IMG/VR virus record: IMGVR_UViG_3300048909_000032
Length of the DNA: 49,370 nt
From: a virus
Direction: 5' to 3' (one strand)
This document shows, in pieces, positions 28,132 to 37,273 of this stretch. The notes beneath the pieces were generated by a model. That model saw only the letters and a program-made list of their open reading frames with translations. It was not told where the DNA came from and did not search any database. Positions within the stretch are counted from its first letter, which is position 1, and every line of letters begins with the position of its first letter. Made by a program: the position numbers and the translations under genes.

Positions 28132-29244
28132 ATGAAAAGAATGACCATCGACGAGGCCTTCAAGCCTACGTCGCGAACACTCACGCCCGAGGGTTTCCTC
28201 TGCGTGAAAGGGGTTGCAGCGCGCACGGGGGTTTATCAGTACCTGTCGAGCGAGCTGGACCTGGACGGCCCCGAGCGGATCGTCAACGTCTACCGCCCGC
28301 CCGGCGAGGTGTTCAACCCTGCATCGATGGCCAGCTACGCCGACAAGGATGTGACCAACGACCACCCGGACGATCTGGTCGACTCGACCACCTTCAAGGA
28401 AGTGTCGGTCGGCCACGTGCGCGGCGTGGAACAGCAAGGCGACAACGTCGAGATTGATCTGATCATCAAGGACCAGGCCGCCATCGACGACATCGACTCC
28501 GGCAAGGCCGAGCTATCCCCCGGCTACCTGGCCGAGTACGTCGAAGCCCCCGGCATCGCCCCTGACGGTACCCCATACGAATACGAGCAGCGTGACATCC
28601 AGATCAACCACGTCGCCGTTGTAGAAGCAGCGCGAGGCGGCAAGGTCGCCCGCATTTTTGACCACAAACCGAAAGGTGTACCAATGGCACAACGGAAAGT
28701 CTTTTTAGACTCCAAGAAAAGCCGCTCCATCATTCTCGACGAAGAGGCAGCTTCGGTAGTCGAAGACGCCGTTGCAGCGCTTCAGAAGTTCGCGGATGAA
28801 GAGTCGGATCGCGCAGACAAGGCCGAAGCCACCAAGGACGAAGCCGAAGAGAAGCTGGAAGAGGCCAAGAAGGAAACTTCTGACGCCGCTATCGGCGCTC
28901 GCGTGAAGTCCACCCTCGACACCATCGCCCTCGCCTCCAAGGTTGTGAAGTCGTTCGACGCGAAGGGCCTGGTGTCCCCGCTCGAAATCAAGCGTGCCGC
29001 CATGGCGCAGCTGAAGCCGACCCGCGACTGGGCTGGCAAGTCCGAAGCCTACGTGCTGGCTGCCTTCGACGCCGCTGCTGATGAGGCAGACGAGAAGAAG
29101 GAAACCGAGGACGAGGATGACGACGACAAGTCGAAAACCAACGACAGCCTGGCTCGCTTCGCTGCTGATGCCGCCAAGCGTGGCCTGAAGCCGACCACTG
29201 ACGGTTCGGACGCCTACAACAAATACCTGCGAGGTGAGAAATAA
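28132..29244 (+). CDS. Scaffold/prohead-protease-like protein (DUF2213-like) with an acidic coiled-coil C-terminus
   Basis: LTPEGFLCVKGVAARTGVYQY...VYRPPGEVF....DVTNDHP....ELSPGY resembles DUF2213. Position between Mu-F-like and capsid genes. Confidence 0.6.
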   Translation: MKRMTIDEAFKPTSRTLTPEGFLCVKGVAARTGVYQYLSSELDLDGPERIVNVYRPPGEVFNPASMASYADKDVTNDHPDDLVDSTTFKEVSVGHVRGVEQQGDNVEIDLIIKDQAAIDDIDSGKAELSPGYLAEYVEAPGIAPDGTPYEYEQRDIQINHVAVVEAARGGKVARIFDHKPKGVPMAQRKVFLDSKKSRSIILDEEAASVVEDAVAALQKFADEESDRADKAEATKDEAEEKLEEAKKETSDAAIGARVKSTLDTIALASKVVKSFDAKGLVSPLEIKRAAMAQLKPTRDWAGKSEAYVLAAFDAAADEADEKKETEDEDDDDKSKTNDSLARFAADAAKRGLKPTTDGSDAYNKYLRGEK

Positions 29245-29753
29245 TGGGCATTGCAGTCGATACCTTTGGCCAGTACGCCGGCAAGGCCTACGAAGGTCAG
29301 GTCAATGACCTGTCGATGGCCGACATCACCACCGCCGTGGTAACGCTCGCCGTTCCGTTCGGTCGCGCCGTGGTGTCCGACACCGCTGACCGCTCGGGCA
29401 AGCTGCCTGCCGCTGGTGCCGGTTTCTTCCTCGGCGTCTCGGCCCGCAACGTGGTCGGTGTCAGTGGCACCTACCAGACTGGCCAGTCCTCGGACAACGG
29501 CAACGTGGTCGGCGGCTACCGCTCCGGTCAAGAAGCCAGCCTGGTCGCTCACGGTCGCATCTGGGTCAAGACCCTGGGTGGCGCCACCAAGGGTGCGCAG
29601 GTCTACGCCCTGCCAACCACTGGCGAGTTCACCAACGCTGCGACCGCCGGCAACCACGTTCTGGCCGGCTGCACGTTCCTGACCGCCGCTGCCGCTGGTG
29701 AATTGGTGCTGGTACAGATCAAAGCCATCGCGCCTACCACCATCGCCGCATAA
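29244..29753 (+). CDS. Head accessory/decoration-like protein (DUF2190-like)
   Basis: 169 aa, Gly/Ala/Val-rich, directly upstream of the major capsid gene. Confidence 0.45.
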   Translation: MGIAVDTFGQYAGKAYEGQVNDLSMADITTAVVTLAVPFGRAVVSDTADRSGKLPAAGAGFFLGVSARNVVGVSGTYQTGQSSDNGNVVGGYRSGQEASLVAHGRIWVKTLGGATKGAQVYALPTTGEFTNAATAGNHVLAGCTFLTAAAAGELVLVQIKAIAPTTIAA

Positions 29754-29763
29754 GGACTGACCA

Positions 29764-30741
29764 ATGCGAACTTTTGACGCAGCTGCCCAGGCTCAACTGG
29801 GCTTCCTCATTGGTCAATTGACCTATGTCGAGCAGGAGGTATTGCGCCAGCCATACCCCGAAATCAAATACCCGTCGATCCTGACGGTGGACACCTCGGC
29901 CCCGGACTACACCGAGTCGATCGCCTTCAAGGTGCTCGACTACAAGGGTGAGCCGGCACCAATCGGCGACACCTCCCACGACTTCCCGCTGGCCGAGATT
30001 GCCGCCAAGATGGGTGGCGTGGACGTCGTGCAGGCTGGTCTGGGCTATGCCTACAGCCAGATCGAAGTCGGCAAGGCCATGGAAATGGCGAACGCACAAG
30101 GCTTCGGTGGTGCAATCAACTACCTGGCTGAGAAGCCAATTGCCGTCCGCACCCTGACCGAACAGTGGCTGGATCGTGTGGCCATGGTCGGTGATGCACG
30201 CTGGCCTTCGCTGGCCACCGGTGGCCTGCTGAAGTATCCAGGTGTTCCTGTGCTGGCTACCGGCACCCTGCTCGGCGGTTCGAACAAGACCTTCGCGCAG
30301 ATCCTGGCGCAAGCACCGGACACCGCTGCCAGTGACATGCTGACCCTGCTGAACAACTTCATCCTGCAGGTGTACTCGGTACAGACCAACAGCATCTTCC
30401 GTCCGACGCACATCCTGCTGCCGCTGACTCAGTACGGCCAGTTGATCACCTTCCGCATTCCGAACACTGCGGAAACCTTGATCGGCTACCTGCAGCGCGT
30501 GCTGAACGTCATCTTCGAGCCGATTCTTCAGCTCAAGGGTGCGGGTGCTGGCAGCACTGACCGGATGATGGCTTACACCAAGAACGTTCAGTTCGCCAAG
30601 TTTCACCTTCCATTGCCGTTCAATTTGAACGCACCGATCCCGTCGCACGGCGGCCTGAAGTTCGAGGCTGCTGGTGTTGTGCGCACTGCTGGTACCGAGC
30701 TGCGCGTTCCGCAAAGTCACGCGTACTGCGACGGCATCTAA
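29764..30741 (+). CDS. Major capsid protein (DUF2184-type, HK97-fold class)
   Basis: 325 aa. LGFLIGQLTYVEQEVLRQPYPEIKYPSILTVDTS... is typical of this capsid family. Strong SD. Confidence 0.8.
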   Translation: MRTFDAAAQAQLGFLIGQLTYVEQEVLRQPYPEIKYPSILTVDTSAPDYTESIAFKVLDYKGEPAPIGDTSHDFPLAEIAAKMGGVDVVQAGLGYAYSQIEVGKAMEMANAQGFGGAINYLAEKPIAVRTLTEQWLDRVAMVGDARWPSLATGGLLKYPGVPVLATGTLLGGSNKTFAQILAQAPDTAASDMLTLLNNFILQVYSVQTNSIFRPTHILLPLTQYGQLITFRIPNTAETLIGYLQRVLNVIFEPILQLKGAGAGSTDRMMAYTKNVQFAKFHLPLPFNLNAPIPSHGGLKFEAAGVVRTAGTELRVPQSHAYCDGI

Positions 30742-30750
30742 GGGGGTCAC

Positions 30751-31092
30751 ATGGCTCGCAAACAAGGCAAGGCAGACGAGGCCGCTTCGGCGGACCTCAT
30801 TGTCTGGACCAACGTCAGCCGGAACCCAGTAGTCCTGGATGATGGCAGCACGGTGAATCCAGGCGAAAGCACCACTCCCGAGCAGGCCGAGTTCGCTGAA
30901 GGCTCGTTCTGGGAAGAGCACGGCGTGTTGGTGTCCGGCTCGCCGGTGCTGACCGACGACGGCGCTGGCCAGATCGAAGCGCTGGGCGCCGAGATCGAAG
31001 GTCTGCGCGCTCAGCTGGTCGCCGCTGGCAGCGAGAAAGACGCGCTGCTGGCCGAGATCGAAGCGCTGAAGGCCAAGATTCCAAAGGCCTAG
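30751..31092 (+). CDS. Hypothetical protein with C-terminal coiled coil, 113 aa
   Basis: Track ORF with AAGGGGG SD. Confidence 0.55.
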   Translation: MARKQGKADEAASADLIVWTNVSRNPVVLDDGSTVNPGESTTPEQAEFAEGSFWEEHGVLVSGSPVLTDDGAGQIEALGAEIEGLRAQLVAAGSEKDALLAEIEALKAKIPKA

Positions 31093-31108
31093 TAACACCC
31101 GGTACGGC

Positions 31109-31139
31109 CATGGCCCATCTTGAGCTAAGATGGGCCATG
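31109..31139 (+). other. Perfect 13-bp stem hairpin (catggcccatctt-gagct-aagatgggccatg)
   Basis: Read directly. No T-run follows. Confidence 0.7.
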
Positions 31140-31164
31140 ACAACCGACCGCCAAGGATTCCACC

Positions 31165-31443
31165 ATGAACGAATTCAAGGACCTGTACGAGTGCAAGTTC
31201 GAGCTATCCGATAGCGATTTTCTTTTGGTGCAGCTTGCCGAAAAGTACCATCGTGTAACGGAGGCCTACGACCTCACGGTATGCACAGGCCCAATTGTTC
31301 ATGGTTCGATAATGCCCGCGACTCACTTTGAGCGCGAAAGGATCAGTCGCAACGCTCGCGGAGTGTTTGAGTCGATTGTTCTGGAATACCCGCAGTTCTC
31401 GCGATCCGAGTTAAGGCGCGCAATCAGCGCTGCCGACCGGTAA
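31165..31443 (+). CDS. Small hypothetical protein (92 aa) inserted in the head module; moron-like
   Basis: Own SD AAGGA. Visibly more AT-rich than its neighbours. Bracketed by the hairpin at 31109 and the terminator at 31466. Confidence 0.6.
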   Translation: MNEFKDLYECKFELSDSDFLLVQLAEKYHRVTEAYDLTVCTGPIVHGSIMPATHFERERISRNARGVFESIVLEYPQFSRSELRRAISAADR

Positions 31444-31465
31444 CGCACGCACCAACACACAGAAG

Positions 31466-31487
31466 ACCCGCCAAGTGCGGGTTTTTT
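31466..31487 (+). terminator. Rho-independent terminator after the moron-like gene
   Basis: acccgc-caagt-gcgggt then tttttt. Confidence 0.7.
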
Positions 31488-31506
31488 GCATTCTGGAGTC
31501 TGACCC

Positions 31507-31941
31507 GTGGCTGAACTGACCATTGAAGTGACGCCGGCGATCATTGCTGACTTCCGAGCGTTCTACGAAGAATTTTCCGACAGTGCCACATGGTCTGATT
31601 CCAAGATCACGAAGGCGCTGTACATCGCACGCGGCGAGCTCGATGCCTGCCGCTGGGGCGACTACAAACCCTACTCGTTCCTCCAGCGAGGCTGGTTCGC
31701 CCTGGCGGCGCATTACCTGACCTGGAACAAGGCGACGACCGACGCCACGACCGCAGACGGCAGCGCCTCGACACCCTTCGCGCAGGCCAGCAAGTCCGTG
31801 CGTGACGAATCTGTGTCCTACGCCATCCCGGCAGCAATGGCCAACCTGACGACGTGGGAAGCGGCTCTGGCCCTGACCCCCTACGGCAACGAATACCTGC
31901 ACCTGCGTGATCGGGCTGGCATGGGCGCGGTCTGCGTATGA
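31507..31941 (+). CDS. Head-tail connector-like protein (DUF4054-like), GTG start
   Basis: ADFRAFYEEFSDSATWSDSKITKALYIARGELD..RWGDY resembles DUF4054. GGAG SD. Confidence 0.55.
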   Translation: MAELTIEVTPAIIADFRAFYEEFSDSATWSDSKITKALYIARGELDACRWGDYKPYSFLQRGWFALAAHYLTWNKATTDATTADGSASTPFAQASKSVRDESVSYAIPAAMANLTTWEAALALTPYGNEYLHLRDRAGMGAVCV

Positions 31942-32435
31942 TCCGCCCCGAAATCAGCCTGATCGGCAAGCAGCAGGTCGAGGAAGCGCTGAAGGATCTG
32001 GCCAAGAAGCTGGAAGGCGATATGCGCGTGCTGGCCGGCGTACCGAAAGGCGCTGGCACCTACGAAGACGGCTTGACCCTAGCAACCATCGCCGCTGTCA
32101 ACAACTTCGGCTCGGCCGACGGCAAGATCCCTGCCCGTCCGGTGCTTGAGCCCGCCATTACCAAAGGCGCTCCGCAATATCAGCGACTCGCCGAGGTGAT
32201 GTTGCCCAAGGTGCTCAGCGGCGAAATGACCATGCGCATCCTTCTGGAGCAGATGGGTCAGTTGGCCGAGGGGCACATCAAGCAGGAAATCACCGACCTG
32301 AAGACGCCGCCCAATGCGCCGTCGACGATCAAGAAGAAGGGTTCCGACAACCCGCTGATCGACACCAGCGCCTTCCGCCAGTCCATTCGTTACGTCATCG
32401 ACGACGGCTCTGAACCAATCGAAGAGGGTCTGTGA
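31938..32435 (+). CDS. Head-tail joining protein (HK97 gp10-like role)
   Basis: Position, size and coupling to neighbours. The NFGSADGKIPARP segment is typical of this class. Confidence 0.5.
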   Translation: MIRPEISLIGKQQVEEALKDLAKKLEGDMRVLAGVPKGAGTYEDGLTLATIAAVNNFGSADGKIPARPVLEPAITKGAPQYQRLAEVMLPKVLSGEMTMRILLEQMGQLAEGHIKQEITDLKTPPNAPSTIKKKGSDNPLIDTSAFRQSIRYVIDDGSEPIEEGL

Positions 32436-32929
32436 TGGGCTTGAACATGCGCGGCCACGTAAGCGGCCCCTTCGTGACGCACAAGGGCGTGATCCTGAAC
32501 CGCTACACCAGCGAGATCGTCGACTTCGAGCCGGCCCTGACCCTGAGCTACACCGACAGCTTCAACGCCAACGTGCAGCCGGTCAGCGACAAGGAAATCG
32601 AATTCCTGCAAATCGGCGCCGAGCGCATCAACGACGTGCGGGTGATCCACCGCAATGACGGCAAGGGCATCGAGGTATCCACCCCGGGCAAGCTCGCCGA
32701 CATCCTGGTGTTCGCCGAGACGCCTGACAAGGAGCCGACCTGGTGGAAGTCCATCGCGACCGACTTCAGACCCTGGCACAACTTCTGCCGCGCCGTGGTG
32801 GCCAAGCTGGACCAGTCCGAGATTGACCGACTGGATCTGAATATTCTGGTCACTGCCATCGAGCCGGTCGCCCAAGACACCTACGACTACGCCAACACCA
32901 CACTGCCCGAGGACGTAGGACATGCTTGA
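32435..32929 (+). CDS. Neck/head-tail protein, hypothetical
   Basis: Track ORF. ATG 32435 in a TGATG overlap. Confidence 0.5.
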   Translation: MGLNMRGHVSGPFVTHKGVILNRYTSEIVDFEPALTLSYTDSFNANVQPVSDKEIEFLQIGAERINDVRVIHRNDGKGIEVSTPGKLADILVFAETPDKEPTWWKSIATDFRPWHNFCRAVVAKLDQSEIDRLDLNILVTAIEPVAQDTYDYANTTLPEDVGHA

Positions 32930-33479
32930 CGACCTCGAAATGACCAAGGCCGTGTGCAGGATCGTCGTAGCGGCCACTGGACTACCGGCGAACAAGGTCA
33001 TCATTGGCGACCCGGGTGACGCCTCACCGACCGGCAGCTACTGCGCTGTACGTCTGGACAATCCATCCCAGTACGGTCAGGCGCTCAACTCGCAAACCGA
33101 TGTCGTCGCCACTGATGACCCGCAGTACAACGACATCCTCGCCAAGGTCGCCACCCAGTTCACCCTGGGCTTCAGCCTCAACTTCTACCGAGCGGGCGCC
33201 AAGCGTTACGCCGCCGCGATCTGCGAGGCGAACAAGCGCGAGCCGATTGCGGCCATCCTGCGTACCGCCAAGCTCGGCTGGTCCCGCGTGTCACCGATCA
33301 ACAACCTGACCGGCCTCTACCAGGCGGCCATGGAAGAACGCGCACAACTCACCCTGTACCTGTATGGCGAATCGATCGCCGAAGACCGCGTTCAGCGGAT
33401 CTATCGCGCGGAATTCTCCGTGCAAACCGAACAATCTGGCGCCATTGCGCAAGGGGAAGTAAATGGCTTATCCGGCTGA
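32922..33479 (+). CDS. Neck/tail-terminator-region protein, hypothetical
   Basis: Track ORF immediately upstream of the sheath-like gene. Confidence 0.5.
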   Translation: MLDDLEMTKAVCRIVVAATGLPANKVIIGDPGDASPTGSYCAVRLDNPSQYGQALNSQTDVVATDDPQYNDILAKVATQFTLGFSLNFYRAGAKRYAAAICEANKREPIAAILRTAKLGWSRVSPINNLTGLYQAAMEERAQLTLYLYGESIAEDRVQRIYRAEFSVQTEQSGAIAQGEVNGLSG

Positions 33480-34593
33480 AGAAATTATCAACATCAACGT
33501 CCTGATCAACTCGGCCGGGCTGGGCACCTCCAACTTCGGTGCAGGCATGGTCTTCGCAGACTTCGATTCGTCGAGTGATGTGACCTTTGTCGAGGGCACC
33601 TACCGCGACTACGGCTCGCCCACTCAGGTGGCGGCTGACTTCAACATCGCCTCCGACCCCTACGCTGCCGCACTGGCATGGTTCTCGGCCGTTCCGAAGC
33701 CGAAGAGCCTGCGTATCTACCTGCGCATCGAGAACGACACCGCCGTTGAGTCGTTGAATGACGCGATCAGCAAAGGGATCTGGTTCTACTGGTACGAGTT
33801 CGAAACCTCGATCCGCGCTGTTGATGCTGACGTGCTGGCGCTGGGTGCCGCTGGCGATGCCGCGAACAAGTTCTTTGCCTTCACCACCAACCAGGCCGGC
33901 GTGCGCGATCCATCGGTCACGACCGATATCGTCACCAAGGCCTTCACCCAAGGCTCGCGCCGCATGTTCGTTGTGAGTCACGCCACTGAGCTGTATGCAG
34001 GCTTCGAGCTGGCGGCCGTGTTCAGTCGTGTCAACTTCAACGCAGCGAACTCGACCATCACCGGCGAATTCAAGAAGCTGCCCGGCATCGACGCCGAAAG
34101 CCTGACCCCGACCGCTTACGGTGCGATGAAGTCTAAGGGCGCCATCTTCTACACCGTCGTTGAAACCGGTGGTGAGAAGGATATGGGGCGCGTTATCAAC
34201 TCCAAGACCACGTCGGCCTTCGGCGAGTACATCGACGACGTCTTCAACTTGGACGCTTTCGTCAACTACGAGCGGGTTGGCCTGTACAACGCCATGGTCA
34301 AGGTTCCGACCAAGCTGCGCCAGACCCCGCCAGGTCAGCAAGTCTTGATCGATGCCGGCTCGCAGGTGGGTGAGGTCTTCATCGGCAACGGCTATCTGGG
34401 CGAGCGAAACTTCACCGACGACGAAACCGGTGAAGAGAAGACCAGTCGTGGCTACGAAATGCTGACCAAGGCCAACGAGATTCTGCTGATCTCCGACGCT
34501 GAGCGTGCTGCTCGCGGCTCGGCACCGATCCGTATGCGTCTCTTCCGTGCTGGCGCTATCCATGCCGTCGACCTGACGGCCAACGTAGAATAA
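33463..34593 (+). CDS. Tail sheath-like protein (DUF3383-type)
   Basis: 376 aa, followed by a tube-like gene, chaperone and tape measure. Family recalled from memory. Confidence 0.6.
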   Translation: MAYPAEEIININVLINSAGLGTSNFGAGMVFADFDSSSDVTFVEGTYRDYGSPTQVAADFNIASDPYAAALAWFSAVPKPKSLRIYLRIENDTAVESLNDAISKGIWFYWYEFETSIRAVDADVLALGAAGDAANKFFAFTTNQAGVRDPSVTTDIVTKAFTQGSRRMFVVSHATELYAGFELAAVFSRVNFNAANSTITGEFKKLPGIDAESLTPTAYGAMKSKGAIFYTVVETGGEKDMGRVINSKTTSAFGEYIDDVFNLDAFVNYERVGLYNAMVKVPTKLRQTPPGQQVLIDAGSQVGEVFIGNGYLGERNFTDDETGEEKTSRGYEMLTKANEILLISDAERAARGSAPIRMRLFRAGAIHAVDLTANVE

Positions 34594-34606
34594 GGGGCGC
34601 TGACTC

Positions 34607-35011
34607 ATGTCTTTAGCTGATCTTTCTGTAGAAAACACCATCATCGTGATCACCGGCGTCGGCCAGATCAATGACTGGGGCAAGACCGATCCACCCTTCA
34701 CCATTGAGCCGATCGACGACAAGTCGACACTGATTCGTGGCTTGGGTGGTCGCGCCGTCAAGTTTACCCGGATCAACCCGGGTCAGCGCCTCACCCTGAA
34801 CCTGCTGCCCGGCAGTCCTCAGGCCGTCGGCTTGCAGGCACTGATCAATGCAGGCACTGAAGTGTCTGGCTCGTATGCTTCGATCGCCGGCCTCGAAGGC
34901 GCGATCTTCTCGGAAGGCGTCGGCACCAAGGGTAAATCCATGGCGCGCGGCGGTCCCGGCATGAACGACGCGACCTTCATCTTTGAATTCAACGCAGGTA
35001 TCGCGCAATGA
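34607..35011 (+). CDS. Tail tube-like protein (DUF3277-type)
   Basis: 134 aa, between the sheath-like and chaperone genes. Confidence 0.55.
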   Translation: MSLADLSVENTIIVITGVGQINDWGKTDPPFTIEPIDDKSTLIRGLGGRAVKFTRINPGQRLTLNLLPGSPQAVGLQALINAGTEVSGSYASIAGLEGAIFSEGVGTKGKSMARGGPGMNDATFIFEFNAGIAQ

Positions 35012-35493
35012 GTTTGGCCGAAGCCTACATTCGCACCATCGAGCATGACGGCGTGACCTACCGCTTCGGCATGCCGAGTGCCGAGAAGCAGCGGGCCGTG
35101 CTGTTCCGGCTGGGCAAGTATGGCGTCGAGCCGATGATTCGCGGCCTGGCCTTGGCTGAGCTTGGGCAGGCATCTGAATTCATGGTCGCTGGCGGCATCG
35201 TCGGCACCATGCTCGCGCGCATGCCTGAAGACGACTTCAACTTCGTCTGCGACTCCATGCTGGGCAAGCTGTTCAAGGAAGGCTCGACCACTCCGCTGAC
35301 TATGGAAGATTTCTCTGGCCGACTGAAGACCTACTTCACCATCGTGGTGCTGGCCCTCGGGAATGTCTTTGCGGATTTTTCGGGGCTCCTGACCCTCTTC
35401 CAGAAATCTACCGATTCAGCAAAGGCGGCGGATTCGAGTCAGGAGAACGCCTCAACCCAGCCGTCGACTGGGAACTCTGGAGACCCTGCGTAG
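35008..35493 (+). CDS. Tail assembly chaperone (G-like)
   Basis: Position upstream of the tape measure, with an open -1 frame extension. Confidence 0.55.
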   Translation: MSLAEAYIRTIEHDGVTYRFGMPSAEKQRAVLFRLGKYGVEPMIRGLALAELGQASEFMVAGGIVGTMLARMPEDDFNFVCDSMLGKLFKEGSTTPLTMEDFSGRLKTYFTIVVLALGNVFADFSGLLTLFQKSTDSAKAADSSQENASTQPSTGNSGDPA

Positions 35494-35639
35494 GGATACC
35501 CGGCCTGTGCCCGCCGCTGTGCACCTACAAAGACCTCACGGATGGAACCTATTCGCTCGGCTGGGTCAAGCGGGCGAATTTGGTCATGGATGAAATGATT
35601 TACGCCCGGCACATGGCCAAGGCCAATAACCCAGAATAG
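35008..35639 (+). CDS. Predicted -1 frameshift product of the tail assembly chaperone (GT-like)
   Basis: The -1 frame is open from 35229 to TAG 35637..35639. A T5 run at 35375..35379 (GAT TTT TCG) allows P-site slippage. The extension reads ...VGIPGLCPPLCTYKDLTDGTYSLGWVKRANLVMDEMIYARHMAKANNPE. Confidence 0.4.
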
Positions 35640-35666
35640 CCCTGCACTTGCGGGGCTTTTTGTTTT
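35640..35666 (+). terminator. Terminator-like hairpin between the chaperone and tape measure genes
   Basis: ccctgc-actt-gcgggg then ctttttgtttt. Confidence 0.4.
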
Positions 35667-35680
35667 CAAGGAGCCGGCCT

Positions 35681-37273
35681 GTGAAGGTGCTCGAAAGTTT
35701 CATGATCGCCCTCGGCCTCAAGGTCGACAAAAAGTCCTTCGAGTCGGGCGAGGCAGCATTCAGCGGCCTGACCAAGACGGCGTTGCAACTCGGCGCGGTA
35801 CTGGCCAGCAAATTGGCCATCGACAAGGTGGTGGGCGACTTCAAAAACGCCGGCACCGAACTGGATCGCTTCAACAAGCTGACGGGGATCAGCACGAATA
35901 ACGTGCAGACCCTGGGTCAGGCGATCAAGGCTCAGGGCGGCGATGCGGCTGCGGCCTTCTCCGACCTTAAGAAGATTCAGGACCTGATGGCCTCACCGAT
36001 CACCGGCAATACGGGCTGGTTTGGTGATGTGGCCAAGTTGGGGCTGAATCCGAACGCCATCATCGGCGCCAAGGACACCGCTGACGCGCTGGTCAACATC
36101 GCTGCTGAGTTCGAGCACATGACTCCGCTCAATCAGAGACTGGCTGGTCAAGCGCTGGGCCTGGATGATTCGACCGTGCGCCTACTGATGCGTGGGCGTG
36201 ACGAGGTCGAAAAGCAACTGGATTCGCGCGGCAAGCTGGCGATCATGACTCAGAAGCAGATCGAAGACTCGGCGCGCTTGACCAAGGCGACCAGCGAACT
36301 GGATCAGGTGTTCACCGACATGGGTAACACCATTGCCGGCGAGCTGGCCCCCGCCTTTGCCGATATGGCCGAGGACTTCGTCGCCTTCTACCGCGACAAC
36401 AAGGATCTGATCGACTCAGGGCTGAAGGAATTCTTCGGTGACCTGGCTGACAACATTGAACTGGTCGCCATCGCCATGGGATTGATGGGCGGCAGTGCTG
36501 CACTTAAGGGGCTTGCCTCGCTGCGGGCCATCATCGGCTTGGGTGGTGCTACCGCTGCGGCGAAAGCTGCTGCCGGCGCCGCCGCTCCCGCCGCTGGTGC
36601 GTCCATGCTTGCCGTGGCCGGCGGCAGTGCCGCAGCCCTGCTCTATTCCAGCAAGCTCAACGAAGGCGAAGACACCGAACTGCTGAACAATCGCCTGAAG
36701 ATGGGCGGCGGCGAAGCGGTCGGCGCAACCGTCGACTTCTTCATGAAGAAAGGCTGGACCCGCGAGCAGGCAGAAGGCATCGCGGCCAACCTCGATCAGG
36801 AGAGCGGATTCAAGCATGACGCCGAGGGTGATGGCGGCAACGCTTACGGCATGGCGCAGTGGCATCCAGACCGCCAGGCTGAATTCGCCAAGAAGTACGG
36901 CAAGGACATTCGCAAGTCGACCGGTGCCGAGCAGCTGGACTTCGTTAACTACGAATTGACCCGTGGCAACGAGAAGGCCGCCGGTAAAAGCCTGCGCACC
37001 GCGACCAGTGCTTACGACGCCGCCTCGATCGTCTCGCTCAAGTACGAGCGTCCCGGTGAAGATGATATGGCCAGGGATCGAGAAGCGGCCAGCCGTGGCG
37101 GTCGTGCCGACAGCTACAGCGCGAAAGGCGGCAGCACCGGCCCCTCCTACACCGACAACCGCCAGTTCCACATTCACGGCGCAGACACCGAGAAGGTCAA
37201 GCAGCTCTACACCGAGCAGCTGAGCAACCTCACCGAGCAAACGATGCAGGACTTCCGGAGCCCTGAAAAATGA
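35681..37273 (+). CDS. Tape measure protein with C-terminal tail-lysozyme-like domain
   Basis: GTG 35681 with GGAG 7 nt upstream (ATG 35702 is an alternative). Ala/Gly-rich hydrophobic centre. GWTREQAEGIAANLDQESGFKHDAEGDGGNAYGMAQWHPDR resembles the phage tail lysozyme domain. Confidence 0.7.
   Translation: MKVLESFMIALGLKVDKKSFESGEAAFSGLTKTALQLGAVLASKLAIDKVVGDFKNAGTELDRFNKLTGISTNNVQTLGQAIKAQGGDAAAAFSDLKKIQDLMASPITGNTGWFGDVAKLGLNPNAIIGAKDTADALVNIAAEFEHMTPLNQRLAGQALGLDDSTVRLLMRGRDEVEKQLDSRGKLAIMTQKQIEDSARLTKATSELDQVFTDMGNTIAGELAPAFADMAEDFVAFYRDNKDLIDSGLKEFFGDLADNIELVAIAMGLMGGSAALKGLASLRAIIGLGGATAAAKAAAGAAAPAAGASMLAVAGGSAAALLYSSKLNEGEDTELLNNRLKMGGGEAVGATVDFFMKKGWTREQAEGIAANLDQESGFKHDAEGDGGNAYGMAQWHPDRQAEFAKKYGKDIRKSTGAEQLDFVNYELTRGNEKAAGKSLRTATSAYDAASIVSLKYERPGEDDMARDREAASRGGRADSYSAKGGSTGPSYTDNRQFHIHGADTEKVKQLYTEQLSNLTEQTMQDFRSPEK

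Noticed and set aside
29734-31143. 469-aa minus-strand ORF opposite the major capsid gene. Similar long antisense ORFs occur at 33349..34776, 36416..37240, 40168..41004, 41346..42092, 42050..42748, 24272..25171 and 26476..27291
   Set aside because: All lie antisense to structural or lysis genes with clear motifs and translational coupling. Long stop-free antisense frames are expected at this GC content. Their composition is Arg/Gly/Val/Asp-rich and not protein-like.
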